From contig MU008207.1 in assembly GCA_010909165.1 (NCBI GenBank), positions 124,001-188,000 of the forward strand: DNA of 64,000 nucleotides, read 5' to 3'. The translations under genes were made by a program, and so were the position numbers. Numbering within the stretch: the first letter of the stretch is position 1; each line of letters starts with the position of its first letter. Source of the DNA: Anthoceros angustus (taxonomy: Eukaryota > Plantae > Anthocerotophyta). Of this stretch, positions 48,079 to 58,479 are shown one piece after another. Under the pieces are notes generated by a model, which was given only the letters and a program-made list of their open reading frames with translations, did no database searches and was not told where the DNA came from.

Positions 48079-50991
48079 TTATTTCTCAAAATGCTTGTCA
48101 TCCCCAACCAGAAAACTAAGCACCAGTCCATCCATGTCTGTCCACCAGGTCTGGCCTGGCTGCTTCCATGCCTTGTTTCCTTTTCTCCTCGCTTGCACCT
48201 CCTCTGCCTGTTCCCACATTTCGGCACCCGTGTAAATACTTGACATCAACACATATGCTGCAGCATCATTCTTGTCTTGCTTCACTGCTCCATCGAAAGC
48301 ATGGCGTCCTACCTCCACATTGCACCACTTTCGACAAGCACCCAAGAGGGTGTGCCAAACTGCAGCATTAGGCAGTACAGGCATTGTCCTAACCACAGCT
48401 TGTGCCTCGCACAGTCGACCTGCACGGCCCAGGAGATCAACCATGCATGTGTAGTGATCCACCGTGGGAGTGATGCCATATTGTCTACTCATAGCCTCAA
48501 AATACTGTCGCCCCTTGTCCACTAGTCCCGAATGACTGCACACTGTTAGTACGCAAAGAAATGTGGTGCTGGCTGGCTGTATGCCATCTCCTCTCATTCT
48601 GTGAAACAGGTCGAAGACCACTTCGCTTTCTCCTTGACGAGCGTAGCCGGAAATCAGTGCATTCCAGGCTACAACATCTCTGTGAGGCATGTCTTCAAAC
48701 ACTACCAGTGCATCAACCATGCACCCCGATTTTCCATACATGTCTATCAAACTCACGGCTATGAGCGCATCAGCTTCCAGCCCTTGGTCTTTAATCTGTG
48801 CATGAAGCTGCCTCCCCAGATGCAAAGCTGCAATATTTGCACATGCCTGCAAGAGACATACGAATGTCACAGAATCAGGTGCAACGAGGCCTTCTTCTTG
48901 CATAGCCCTGTGAAGTTCAAGGGCTTCCTGCCCCATGCCCCTCTGGGAATACCCTGCAATCATGGCATTCCAGGACACCACAGTTTTTTCAGCAAGTCTG
49001 TCAAATGCACCCTGAGCTGCCTCTAGGCTGCCACACTTAGAATACATATTTACCAAACTGTTGGCTACAAACGCATCAGTTTGGAGTCCTCTTTCTCCAA
49101 TCTGGTCATGAAGCTCCTTCCCCTTCTCCAAACCCAGGTTGCCCAGAATTGCACATGCCTGCAGCAGGCACACAAATGTCACAGAATCAGGTGCAACCAT
49201 TCCTTCTTCTTGCATAGTCCTGTAGAGACGAAGGGCTTCCTGCCCCATGCCCTTCTGGGAGTAACCGGCTATCATGGCATTCCATGTTGCCACATTCTTT
49301 TCACCAAGTCCGTTAAACATGCCCTGAGCATCCTCTAGGCTACCACACTTTGCATACATGTTTACCAAACTGTTGGCTAGAAACCCATCAGTTTGAAGCC
49401 CTAGTTCTCGAATCTGTGCATGCAGGTGCTTACCAGTCTCCAAAGCCGTGATACCGACACTTGCACATGCCTGTAGGAGGCACACAAATGTCACCGAATC
49501 CGGCGCACTCATGCCTTCTTGTTCCATAGCACTGTAAAGATGAAGGGCTTCCAGACCCATGCCCTGATGGGAATATCCTGCTATTAGAGCAGTCCATGTG
49601 ATGACATCCTTCCGGGGGAGCCCAGCAAACACTCTTTGCGCATCTTCCAAGCTACCACATTTTGCATACATGTTCACAACACTCTTGGCTACAAGCACGT
49701 CAGCCTGAAGCCCTTTTTCTCTAATCTGTGCATGGAGCTGCCTCCCATTCTCCAGAGCCTGGGTGCCAATAGTTGCACATGCGTGCAGGAGGCACACAAA
49801 TGTCACAGTATTCGGTGCTGCCAAGCCTTCTCGCTGCATAGCACTGTAAAGACGAAGGGCTTCCTCACCTATTCCTAGCTCAGAATATCCTGCTATCAGA
49901 GCAGTCCATGTCACCACATCCTTGTGAGGAAGTACGTCAAACATTCTTTGAGCATCTTCCATGCTGCCACACTTTGCGTACATGTTCACCAAACTGCTGG
50001 CTACAAACACATCAGCTTCCAGCCCTTGTTCTCTGATCTCTGCATGAAGCTGCTTCCCCTGCTCCAAAGCAAGGGTGCTGCCCACACTGGCACAAGCCTG
50101 CAGGAGGCACACAAATGTCACAGAATCGGCTGCAACCATGCCCTCTCCTAGCATAGCCTCGTAGACTTGAAGGGCTTCCTGCCCCTTGCCCTGCTGTGAA
50201 TACCCTGCCATCAACGTGTTCCAAGTTACCACATTCTTTTGCCCAAGTCCGTCAAACACCCTTTGAGCGTCTTCCAAGCTGCCACACTTCGCATACATGT
50301 CTACGAGGGAGTTACAAACAAACGAATCAGGTTGAACTCCACTAGCCAAGACATCGGCATGCAGCTGATGCCCGGTTCTTAAGTCTTTTCCCTTTGCACA
50401 AGCCTGAAGGGCTGCAACAAACACATGACCATCTGGCTTCACACTTGACATGCGCATTCGATGATACAGTTGTACGGCCTGCGTATCGTGTCCGTGTTTA
50501 ACGTGTGCAGAGATTATGGAAGACCACATGAAGGCATCTGGTGTGCAATCCTCTTCACACACATCCATGGCTTCTCGCAAGCTGGCATGATGAGAAGCAT
50601 ACATTCGCAGGATATGGTTGCACAGGAACGTGTCCGACTCATAGCCCCCTTTCAAAGCGAGAGCATGCACACGACGACCCAGAATAAGATCACTCTGAAC
50701 CGCACGGTTTCTGAGCACAGCATAGAAAAGAGACTGGGAAATTCGACTGTCTGTCTGCTCCTGCACCAAAACTCCAAGAGCCTCAACAGCCTCATGGAGC
50801 TGGCCCCGCTGACATAGTTGGCTCACGGCTTCAGCTGTCATGCCCCTTGGGTATCCTCCAGGCCTGCCCACACGTTGGGCTCGAGAAGGCGGGCCAGCAG
50901 AGGTGTTGCCGGAGCATCTCTTCTGCCACCCAAGTGCCCTGCTCTGCCCTGTCGCCCTGTGTGGATGAAGTGCAAGGCGCCAGGCGGCCAT
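48079..50991 (-). CDS. PLS-class PPR protein, E+-type with WW-variant box, no deaminase active site (970 aa)
   Basis: Repeated P-L-S motifs, E motifs (HYTCMVDLLGRAG, YVLMSSIY), and ending KQPGQTWWTDMDGLVLSFLVGDDKHFEK*. No HxE or CxxC. Confidence 0.93.
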   Translation of the reverse strand: MAAWRLALHPHRATGQSRALGWQKRCSGNTSAGPPSRAQRVGRPGGYPRGMTAEAVSQLCQRGQLHEAVEALGVLVQEQTDSRISQSLFYAVLRNRAVQSDLILGRRVHALALKGGYESDTFLCNHILRMYASHHASLREAMDVCEEDCTPDAFMWSSIISAHVKHGHDTQAVQLYHRMRMSSVKPDGHVFVAALQACAKGKDLRTGHQLHADVLASGVQPDSFVCNSLVDMYAKCGSLEDAQRVFDGLGQKNVVTWNTLMAGYSQQGKGQEALQVYEAMLGEGMVAADSVTFVCLLQACASVGSTLALEQGKQLHAEIREQGLEADVFVASSLVNMYAKCGSMEDAQRMFDVLPHKDVVTWTALIAGYSELGIGEEALRLYSAMQREGLAAPNTVTFVCLLHACATIGTQALENGRQLHAQIREKGLQADVLVAKSVVNMYAKCGSLEDAQRVFAGLPRKDVITWTALIAGYSHQGMGLEALHLYSAMEQEGMSAPDSVTFVCLLQACASVGITALETGKHLHAQIRELGLQTDGFLANSLVNMYAKCGSLEDAQGMFNGLGEKNVATWNAMIAGYSQKGMGQEALRLYRTMQEEGMVAPDSVTFVCLLQACAILGNLGLEKGKELHDQIGERGLQTDAFVANSLVNMYSKCGSLEAAQGAFDRLAEKTVVSWNAMIAGYSQRGMGQEALELHRAMQEEGLVAPDSVTFVCLLQACANIAALHLGRQLHAQIKDQGLEADALIAVSLIDMYGKSGCMVDALVVFEDMPHRDVVAWNALISGYARQGESEVVFDLFHRMRGDGIQPASTTFLCVLTVCSHSGLVDKGRQYFEAMSRQYGITPTVDHYTCMVDLLGRAGRLCEAQAVVRTMPVLPNAAVWHTLLGACRKWCNVEVGRHAFDGAVKQDKNDAAAYVLMSSIYTGAEMWEQAEEVQARRKGNKAWKQPGQTWWTDMDGLVLSFLVGDDKHFEK

Positions 50992-51359
50992 AGGCCAACG
51001 CTGGAATCCTGGAGCGTTGCAAAATCCAGCTCCAGTTCGAATGTTTCAAGCACAAATGCGCACATGGGTGTGCATCCTGCGCTGCATGATTGCGCAACCC
51101 GTTGCGGTAGCCCTCCAATGCTGGACACATATCTGGAGAACATGGAGGACACGAAAGCAGGTCGCTAGAGTTATACCTCGGGAAAGAATCAGCTACATTG
51201 CTGCAACGTCTGCTTGCAATGGGTCAAAATGTTACTGGTCGACAGACATCCTAGGGAGCCAGAAATCCGCCTTCTATCCTCCTATACGGTTATCCGTATG
51301 ACATATGAAACACTCAGGATTGCAGGCATCCAAGTGGAAATCATGTTGGCTCCGCCTAC

Positions 51360-54300
51360 CTACTTCCGGTCCCCACAGGAACAAGAGCCATCTACAAAAT
51401 GGTGCACGCAATGTGCATCTCGTACAATGATCTGCCGCTTTTCAATCCTGGACATGACCTTGGTGCCACTATGGCAGTCATCGCACATCCGCAAGTTTTT
51501 TGTGACTAACAAGGGTGTGCCGTCTGGAGTGTTGAGGAGACCGTAGGCCAAAGCGAGTTTCTCAGCATGCCCACACAAGGACAGGAAATCATCTTCCCGT
51601 CTGCCGTCGGACATGTGCCCTTCCACGCTCTTCAACTTGCAAGAGATATCATCCCCCTCTTGACCCACAACGAACTCATGGATGTCGCCTCTCTTCACCT
51701 CAATCCACGCCTTGGCAGGCTTCTTGCAAGCACCTGCACGCTTTCTTAGACTCTCTACCGTCTCTGCATCCCTCCACCTACCAAAATCTGTATACATATT
51801 TGCCGTCAGACTGTAGGCTGCCGCATGTTGAGCATCCACTCTAACCAGGTGGTCAAAGCATCGTCTCGCACGCTCTATGTCACCATGACTTTTGCAAGCA
51901 CTCAGTAATGATGTCCATCCCACTGTCTCATTCTGCAGTATTGCCCTACTGTGCAACATTTTCTCTGCTTCCTGCAGTCGCCCACATCGACCAAGAAGAT
52001 CAATCAGGCACGCATAATGCTGAGCTCTAGGCACAATCCCATGATCTTCCAACATGCTTTTGAACAGCTCTTCACCCTCATCCACCAGGCCCTCATGACT
52101 GCATGCCACCAGGAGAGAGACAAACGTGGCATCGTTGGGCTGCACCCCTTGCTTTTGCATCTCTTCCAAGCATTTGATTGCCATCCGGCTCCCATTGCAT
52201 TGGGCATAGCCATTCAAAAGAGCATTCCATGTAACCACATCTTTCCTTGGAAGCCCATCAAACACGCGGCGAGCATCCTCCAGACATCCACATTTTGCAT
52301 ACATGTCCACCAGGCTGCTCCCCACAACAACGTCAGCATCGAGCCCAAGCTTCTCTATCTGGGAATGAAGCTGCTTTCCGTGCCATATAGCTCCTATGTT
52401 GGCGCAAGCTTTGAGGAGGCAAACCAGTGTAAAATCGTCTGCAATACACATGCCCTCCTCTTGCATCCTGACATACAGCTTGAGCGCTTCCTGCCCAAGC
52501 CCATGCTGAGCATACCCTCCAATCATGGCCGTCCATGTCACCACATCTTTCATAGGCATGCGCTCAAACACTCTGCAAGCGTCCTCTGGACTCCCGCACT
52601 TTACATACATGTCCACCAGGCTGTTGCCAACCACTAGATCACCCCCCAGTCCTCTTTCTGTAATCTGGGAATGAAGTTCTTGACCTCGACATAAAGCTCC
52701 AACGCTGGCACAAGCTTTCAGAAGGCACACAAATGTTACAGCATCGGCCCTGATAATGTCATCGTGCTGCATTCTTTCATACAACAAGAGGGCTTCGTCC
52801 CCAAGCCCCTGCTGAGCATATGCTCCGATGATGACATTCCATGTCACCACATCTCGCACCGGAAAACTGTCAAACACTCTGCGAGCACTCTCTAGGCTGC
52901 TACATTTTGCGTACATGTTCACCAGGCTGCTGACCAAATCACCTTCCATACCCCTCTCCTGCACGCGGAGATGAATTTCTTTACCTTCATGTAAGGCACC
53001 AACGAGAGCACATGCTTTGAGAAGGAGCACGAACATGGCATGATTGGCCTGAGTCATGTCCTCCTCGTCCATGCTCGCATAAATCTGAAGGGCTTCTCGA
53101 CCGAGACCATGCTCAACATATCCTGAAATCATGGCTGTCCATGCCCCCGCGTGTCTTGTGGGCAACCTGTCAAACAGGCTGCGAGCATCATCCAAGCTCC
53201 CACACTTCCCATACATGTCTACCAGGCTGCTGCAAACAGCCATGTCAGCCTCCAGTCCTCTTTCTCGGATCTCAGTGTGGAGCTTCTTCCCTTCCTGCAA
53301 AGCCCTGATGCTGGCACACCCTTTGAGCAGGCATGCGTAGGTCACGTGATTGGCTTCTACTCTCCCACCGTCCTGTTGCATTAGCGCATAGAGAAGAAGA
53401 GCTTCCTGAGGCAGCCCATGCTGGACGTATGATGCAAGCATGGCATTCCAAGTGACCACACTTCTCGTGGGCAGTGCGTCAAAGACCCGACGAGCATCTC
53501 CTATGCTCCCGCACTTTCCATACATATCTAAAAGGCTGGTGCCCACAACGACATCAATATCCAGGCATCTCTTCCGAATATCAGCATGGAGCTCCTTGCC
53601 CTCCTGCAAAGCGCCAATGCTTGCACATGCTTTCAGCAGACAAACGAATGTCACGCTATCGACTGGTGTGAGGCCCTCCTGCCTCATACCTGCATACAAA
53701 TCCAGGGCTTGCTGGCCCAATCCATGCTGAGCATACCCTGCGATCATGGCAGTCCACGTGACCACATCCTTGGTGGACAGCGTCTGAAACACTCTGTGGG
53801 CATCCTGCAAGCTCTCACATTTGGCATACATGTCCACCAGGCTGCTTCCAACGAACACGTTGGGCTCGGTCCCAGCAGCGACAACATGAGCATGGACCTC
53901 CCTGCCTGATGCCAAGTCCGCTAAGCAGGCACACGCTCTGAGAACTGCCACAAACGTGTAGTTGTCGGCCTTCACATTGGACTGCAGCCTCATGCGTCGG
54001 TACAGCTGAATGACCTGAATGGGCTGTCCGTGTTCAGCATGTGCCGAGATGATGGAGGACCAGGAGGAAGTGTCGGGCGCAGGCAGACTGGTAAACACTT
54101 GCAAGGCCTCCTGCAACCTTCCATGAGCAGCGTACATGCGGATAAGGTGGTTGGCCAGGAACGTGTTGGATTCCAAACCCCTTTCAAGAGTAAGAGCGTG
54201 AACACGCCTGCCCGCAACCAGATCTCTGCTTGCTGTGCATCCTTTGAGGAGGCGAGAAAAGAGGGATGAGGGAACATAGGACTGTCGGTGCACCAGGATG

Positions 54301-54494
54301 TCCAACGTTTGCACAGCATCCCCAAGCCGTCCCGACTCACACAGTTGACCACAGGTTGCAATCTCCACAGGCCCAGGCACAGGCACAGGATGGTGAGTGG
54401 GAGCAGCTCGATTTCCGTCCACCAACGCCGACCGCACCAAGGCTTCCCAGCTTCTGCTTGCCCTACTGCTGCCCACATGCCTTTTAAGGCTCAT
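51360..54494 (-). CDS. PLS-class PPR RNA-editing factor with DYW:KP-type deaminase domain, C-terminus DRK (1044 aa)
   Basis: KKPAKAWIEV in place of the PG box, CGHAEKLALAYGLL, TKNLRMCDDCH, and HHFVDGSCSCGDRK*. Confidence 0.93.
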   Translation of the reverse strand: MSLKRHVGSSRASRSWEALVRSALVDGNRAAPTHHPVPVPGPVEIATCGQLCESGRLGDAVQTLDILVHRQSYVPSSLFSRLLKGCTASRDLVAGRRVHALTLERGLESNTFLANHLIRMYAAHGRLQEALQVFTSLPAPDTSSWSSIISAHAEHGQPIQVIQLYRRMRLQSNVKADNYTFVAVLRACACLADLASGREVHAHVVAAGTEPNVFVGSSLVDMYAKCESLQDAHRVFQTLSTKDVVTWTAMIAGYAQHGLGQQALDLYAGMRQEGLTPVDSVTFVCLLKACASIGALQEGKELHADIRKRCLDIDVVVGTSLLDMYGKCGSIGDARRVFDALPTRSVVTWNAMLASYVQHGLPQEALLLYALMQQDGGRVEANHVTYACLLKGCASIRALQEGKKLHTEIRERGLEADMAVCSSLVDMYGKCGSLDDARSLFDRLPTRHAGAWTAMISGYVEHGLGREALQIYASMDEEDMTQANHAMFVLLLKACALVGALHEGKEIHLRVQERGMEGDLVSSLVNMYAKCSSLESARRVFDSFPVRDVVTWNVIIGAYAQQGLGDEALLLYERMQHDDIIRADAVTFVCLLKACASVGALCRGQELHSQITERGLGGDLVVGNSLVDMYVKCGSPEDACRVFERMPMKDVVTWTAMIGGYAQHGLGQEALKLYVRMQEEGMCIADDFTLVCLLKACANIGAIWHGKQLHSQIEKLGLDADVVVGSSLVDMYAKCGCLEDARRVFDGLPRKDVVTWNALLNGYAQCNGSRMAIKCLEEMQKQGVQPNDATFVSLLVACSHEGLVDEGEELFKSMLEDHGIVPRAQHYACLIDLLGRCGRLQEAEKMLHSRAILQNETVGWTSLLSACKSHGDIERARRCFDHLVRVDAQHAAAYSLTANMYTDFGRWRDAETVESLRKRAGACKKPAKAWIEVKRGDIHEFVVGQEGDDISCKLKSVEGHMSDGRREDDFLSLCGHAEKLALAYGLLNTPDGTPLLVTKNLRMCDDCHSGTKVMSRIEKRQIIVRDAHCVHHFVDGSCSCGDRK

Positions 54495-54517
54495 CGGCCT
54501 CGACTTCAGCAGCCTCT

Positions 54518-56611
54518 ATGGCCGAGGTGTTGGTGTTGCCAGCGCTGGTTCTGGTCAAGCAGCAACAACAAGTAGCACAAGAGCAACATTCGAGGTTATC
54601 TGTGCACGGATATGGCAATAGCCGGCTATACACGGAAGGGAGGCGGAATCAGCAGGAGAGGTGTCGAGCCACAGGCTCATGCACTCCCTACTTGATGCAA
54701 CACGAGACATCGTCAGCATCCAGCAGCCGGCCCAAGGTAGCCACACGACTGGAGCATCATCAAGGAGCTGGGGAGGATTCCATCCTGGCAAGGCATTGTG
54801 AGCAGGGACAGCTGAAGGAGGCTGTGGAGGCCTTGGACCTTCTGGTGCAGCAGCGAGCATGTCAGATCAGCGAGCTGCTCCTGTATCGTGTCATCAAGAT
54901 GTGCATGGCAGAGCAGAATCTTGGTCTGGGGATGCGGGTGCACGCTCTTGCATCCACCGGTGGGTACGAAAACAACGCATTCTTGGCCACCCACTTGGTT
55001 GCCATGTACGCTTGTCACGGGAAGCTGCAGCAGGCGGTCCAGGTGTTTGCCAAAGTGACTGCCCCAGATGCCCATCTATGGGCCACCATGATATCGGCTC
55101 AAGCTCGACATGGGCAGCCCAAGCACGCCCTGCAGCTGTATGGTCAGATGAGGAAGTGTGGCACGAAGTCCGACAGCCATGTGTTCGTGGCAGTGCTCAC
55201 GGCTTGTGCCGCAGCACAGGATCTGGTTTTGGGCAAGGAAGTGCATGCCCACATTCTTGCCTCTGCCAAGGGCACCATGAACAGGTTCGTCGGCAGCAGC
55301 CTGGTGAACATGTATGCGAAATGCGGGAGCTTGGAGGACGCCATCCATGTGTTTGACAGCTTGGACTCCAGGGATGTGGTGACCTGGAATGCCATGCTCG
55401 CAGGGTACATGCAGCAGGGCCTCGGCCGGCAAGCTCTGGCTCTATATGCCAGGATGCGGCAGGAGCATGCCATGCCGGGGGCAGCCAACACGGTGACGTT
55501 TGTCTGCGTCCTCCGAGCTTGTGGCAGCGTGGGAGCCCTGCAGCAGGGGAAGCAGCTCCATGCACACATCCGGCAGAGAGGCCTGGAAGCTGATGCCACG
55601 ATTGGCAGCTGCCTGGTCGACATGTATGCCAAGTGTGGGAGCTTGGAGGATGCTCGCAAAGTGTTCGACAGACTGCCCTCTCGAGATGTGGTGACATGGA
55701 ACGCTCTGCTCAACGCCTATGCTGAACATGGCAAGGGAGACCTGGCTGTGCAGTGTTTTGAGCACATGCGTGGGCAGGATGGCATCGTGCCCGACCTCAC
55801 CACCTTCAGCTCTCTGCTTGTGGCATGCAGGCATGCCGGTCTGGTGCATGAAGGAAAACGCTATTTCGCCATGATGGTGGCGGAGCATGCCCTATCGCCC
55901 ACCGACTACCATTACAACTGCATGGTTCATCTTTTAGGGCAGGCAGGCAGCCTGGATGAGGCCGAAGACATGCTGCACACCATGCCATTCGAGGATCAGG
56001 TCATTGGGTGGACGTCCCTGCTGACGGCATGTAAGACCCATGATGATGCAGAACGAGCAAAGCGATGCTATGACCGTCTTGTGGAGCTGGAACCTGACAA
56101 CGCCACGCCGTATGTCCTGCTGGCCAACATCTACGCAACAGCCGGCAGGTGGGAGGATGTAGATGTGATTGAAACCCAGAGGAAGGGTGCGGGCGCTTGG
56201 AAGAAGGCTGCAAAGGCGTGCATCGAAGTGAAGCAGGAGGTGCACGAATTCTGTGTGGGGCAGCAAAGCTCTGATATCGTCGTGGCATCCAAGCTCAGGA
56301 GCGTCAATACGAGGTTGAAGGAGGAAGGAGGGCATGTGCCACGGACAGAACTGGTGCTCAAGGCTGTGTCTGAGCAGCAGAAGGAAGATGCTCTGTGTGG
56401 GCATGCTGAGAAATTGGCCCTGGCTTTTGGCCTTCTCAACACTCCGGACGGCACCCCTCTCATAGTGACCAAAAATCTTCGCATGTGCAAGGACTGTCAC
56501 AGTGGCACTATGGTGATGTCCCATCTCGAGCAGCGATCCATCATTGTGAGAGATATTCACCGAGTACACCGTTTCGTGGATGGTAGTTGCTCGTGCGGGG
56601 ATTGGCACTGA
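54518..56611 (+). CDS. PLS-class PPR RNA-editing factor with DYW:KP-like deaminase domain, C-terminus DWH (697 aa)
   Basis: KKAAKACIEV, GHVPRTELVLK, CGHAEKLALAFGLL, TKNLRMCKDCH, and HRFVDGSCSCGDWH*. Confidence 0.93.
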   Translation: MAEVLVLPALVLVKQQQQVAQEQHSRLSVHGYGNSRLYTEGRRNQQERCRATGSCTPYLMQHETSSASSSRPKVATRLEHHQGAGEDSILARHCEQGQLKEAVEALDLLVQQRACQISELLLYRVIKMCMAEQNLGLGMRVHALASTGGYENNAFLATHLVAMYACHGKLQQAVQVFAKVTAPDAHLWATMISAQARHGQPKHALQLYGQMRKCGTKSDSHVFVAVLTACAAAQDLVLGKEVHAHILASAKGTMNRFVGSSLVNMYAKCGSLEDAIHVFDSLDSRDVVTWNAMLAGYMQQGLGRQALALYARMRQEHAMPGAANTVTFVCVLRACGSVGALQQGKQLHAHIRQRGLEADATIGSCLVDMYAKCGSLEDARKVFDRLPSRDVVTWNALLNAYAEHGKGDLAVQCFEHMRGQDGIVPDLTTFSSLLVACRHAGLVHEGKRYFAMMVAEHALSPTDYHYNCMVHLLGQAGSLDEAEDMLHTMPFEDQVIGWTSLLTACKTHDDAERAKRCYDRLVELEPDNATPYVLLANIYATAGRWEDVDVIETQRKGAGAWKKAAKACIEVKQEVHEFCVGQQSSDIVVASKLRSVNTRLKEEGGHVPRTELVLKAVSEQQKEDALCGHAEKLALAFGLLNTPDGTPLIVTKNLRMCKDCHSGTMVMSHLEQRSIIVRDIHRVHRFVDGSCSCGDWH

Positions 56612-56750
56612 CATCACACAGAGACATGGATCCAGTAATATTAAGAGTTATGGACAGACGGAGTCGTCCGTCCACCAGATGGAGCAGGTCCGTCACCGGA
56701 CAACCCTGCCGCATGTATACACTGTACAGTAGGAACAATTATATACCCCT

Positions 56751-56912
56751 CGGGGGCTTTAGACTAGGAAAGACCAGCTTATCTCCGGGGGGGCTTTAGA
56801 CTAGGAAAAACTAGCTTAGGTATCTCCGGGGGGGCTTTAGACTAGAAAAAAAGGAGAAAAACCAGCTTACCTCCCTAGGGGGCTCTAGACTAGGACAACT
56901 TATCTCCCTAGG
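56751..56912. repeat. Short tandem repeat, about 35-45 bp, 4-5 units
   Basis: Recurrent GGGGGCTTTAGACTAGGAAA..CAGCTTATCTCC. Confidence 0.85.
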
Positions 56913-56989
56913 GCCAGCATACTTTTCTTCAAAGGGAAGATTATCCTTCATGAGCTTGAGAATAGAACAAATGAAAATTTTGTTAGAGG

Positions 56990-57600
56990 AAGAGGAAGGG
57001 CCAGAGAAGCTAATAGAGGCCTTGGCCTCGGCCTCTAATAACTAAAGGACAATTGGCCCTCAATATAGTGTGTGCTTCAATTGTGCGGGGCTGGGACACT
57101 TTGCAAAGGATTGATCGCACGCTGGGAATTCCTAGTTCAATGTGGCAGCGGTCAATATACCAACTCTGAGGCTTAGGATTCACGAGCTTCCTGCAGATAT
57201 CAAATGATGCCAGTGGTCACATGGTGCAAAGACAGCGTGTGGTGAGTCATCTAGTGTCAAGGATGATACTGTTTTGAGGGAAGGTGAATACCTGAAAAGA
57301 TGAATGGCTTAGAAGTAGACTTGTTGTTGGACTCTACAACCACCTACAATTTTATAACTCCTCACGAGGCAAAGGAGCTTGGACTAGTATGAGCTAGTAC
57401 TTTTGCACCTTATGGAATTAAACAAGCTAAAGGAACTCTGCAGTTCCTGGGTGAATTGTATGGAGTACTCTTGGAAGTAGAAACGTGGGAAGAACATGTG
57501 AGGTTCACAATTGTGGATATGGATGACCATGATATCATCTTAGGTTTGGAGTGAATGAAATCCAATGAAGTGCGTGTAGATGTGAAGTCTCACACCATTG
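56990..57600 (+). pseudogene. Ty3/gypsy gag zinc knuckle and protease remnant
   Basis: VCFNCAGLGHFAKD* (CCHC with a stop codon) and VDLLLDSTTTYNFI (degenerate aspartic protease site), followed by DIILGLE*M. Confidence 0.7.
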
Positions 57601-58479
57601 AGACATTGAAGGAACACGATAATTTTGAAGGGGATATATCAATTCTTCGCCGAGACAAAGACCCCTTGTCACGAAGAACACCTTACCTAGAACAAAGATA
57701 TGTGCCCTACTTTGATAATGCACACACCTTTCTCGAGGTCATATCTTTGATAAAAGATGCACTTTCAAGTCTACACCCGAGAACCGGAGCATGAGGGTGT
57801 GGGCCCGCTTATGCTTTAGTAGAATGCATAGAGGGCTGCCATTTTCATATGTTTATTACAACAAAACTTTTACTTTCAAGTGGTGGAACACAATGAAAAC
57901 AATCTGTACTAGCGGAGTCTCATTTAAGTGGTCGTGAGAACATTGCAACAAACAATCAAGGAGGAAGTGGTCATCAAGATCGACAATAGCCATTCAAGAG
58001 TGCGGCCGGCGACTCATCCATGCCTTGCGCCAAATCGAGTCAAGTACCACCGCCATATTCGGAGGCGGTCCATATCCTCCGCCTCGAAGTTGTCGTTCTC
58101 CTCCATTGCTTGCTCGCCTTCAATAGTATCATTCTTGGGCCCAGCCACGGTGTCGATCGCCACAAAGATCTAGGGTCTCACCTCATCCAAAAGGTCGCCA
58201 ATGTGGTCTTCAACCTTCCGCACTCAATGCAACCACTTGGGCTTTAAGGCAATGCCAACGTCCTTAAAATGAACAAAGTTAGTTGCCCATGCGCCCATGC
58301 AAGCATCCTTAAAATCAACAAAATTGAACTGTTGAGGAGGCACGAGGTTTGAACACGAAACCTATTCGTTACTACACTTATTTCCCAAACACTAGACCAA
58401 CAGTCCATGGTTGAGTTACTCTTGAGGCGCTAAATATTTATTTTTTGGAAGACAGCCTAGGAGGGTAGGGCAGGGTGTG

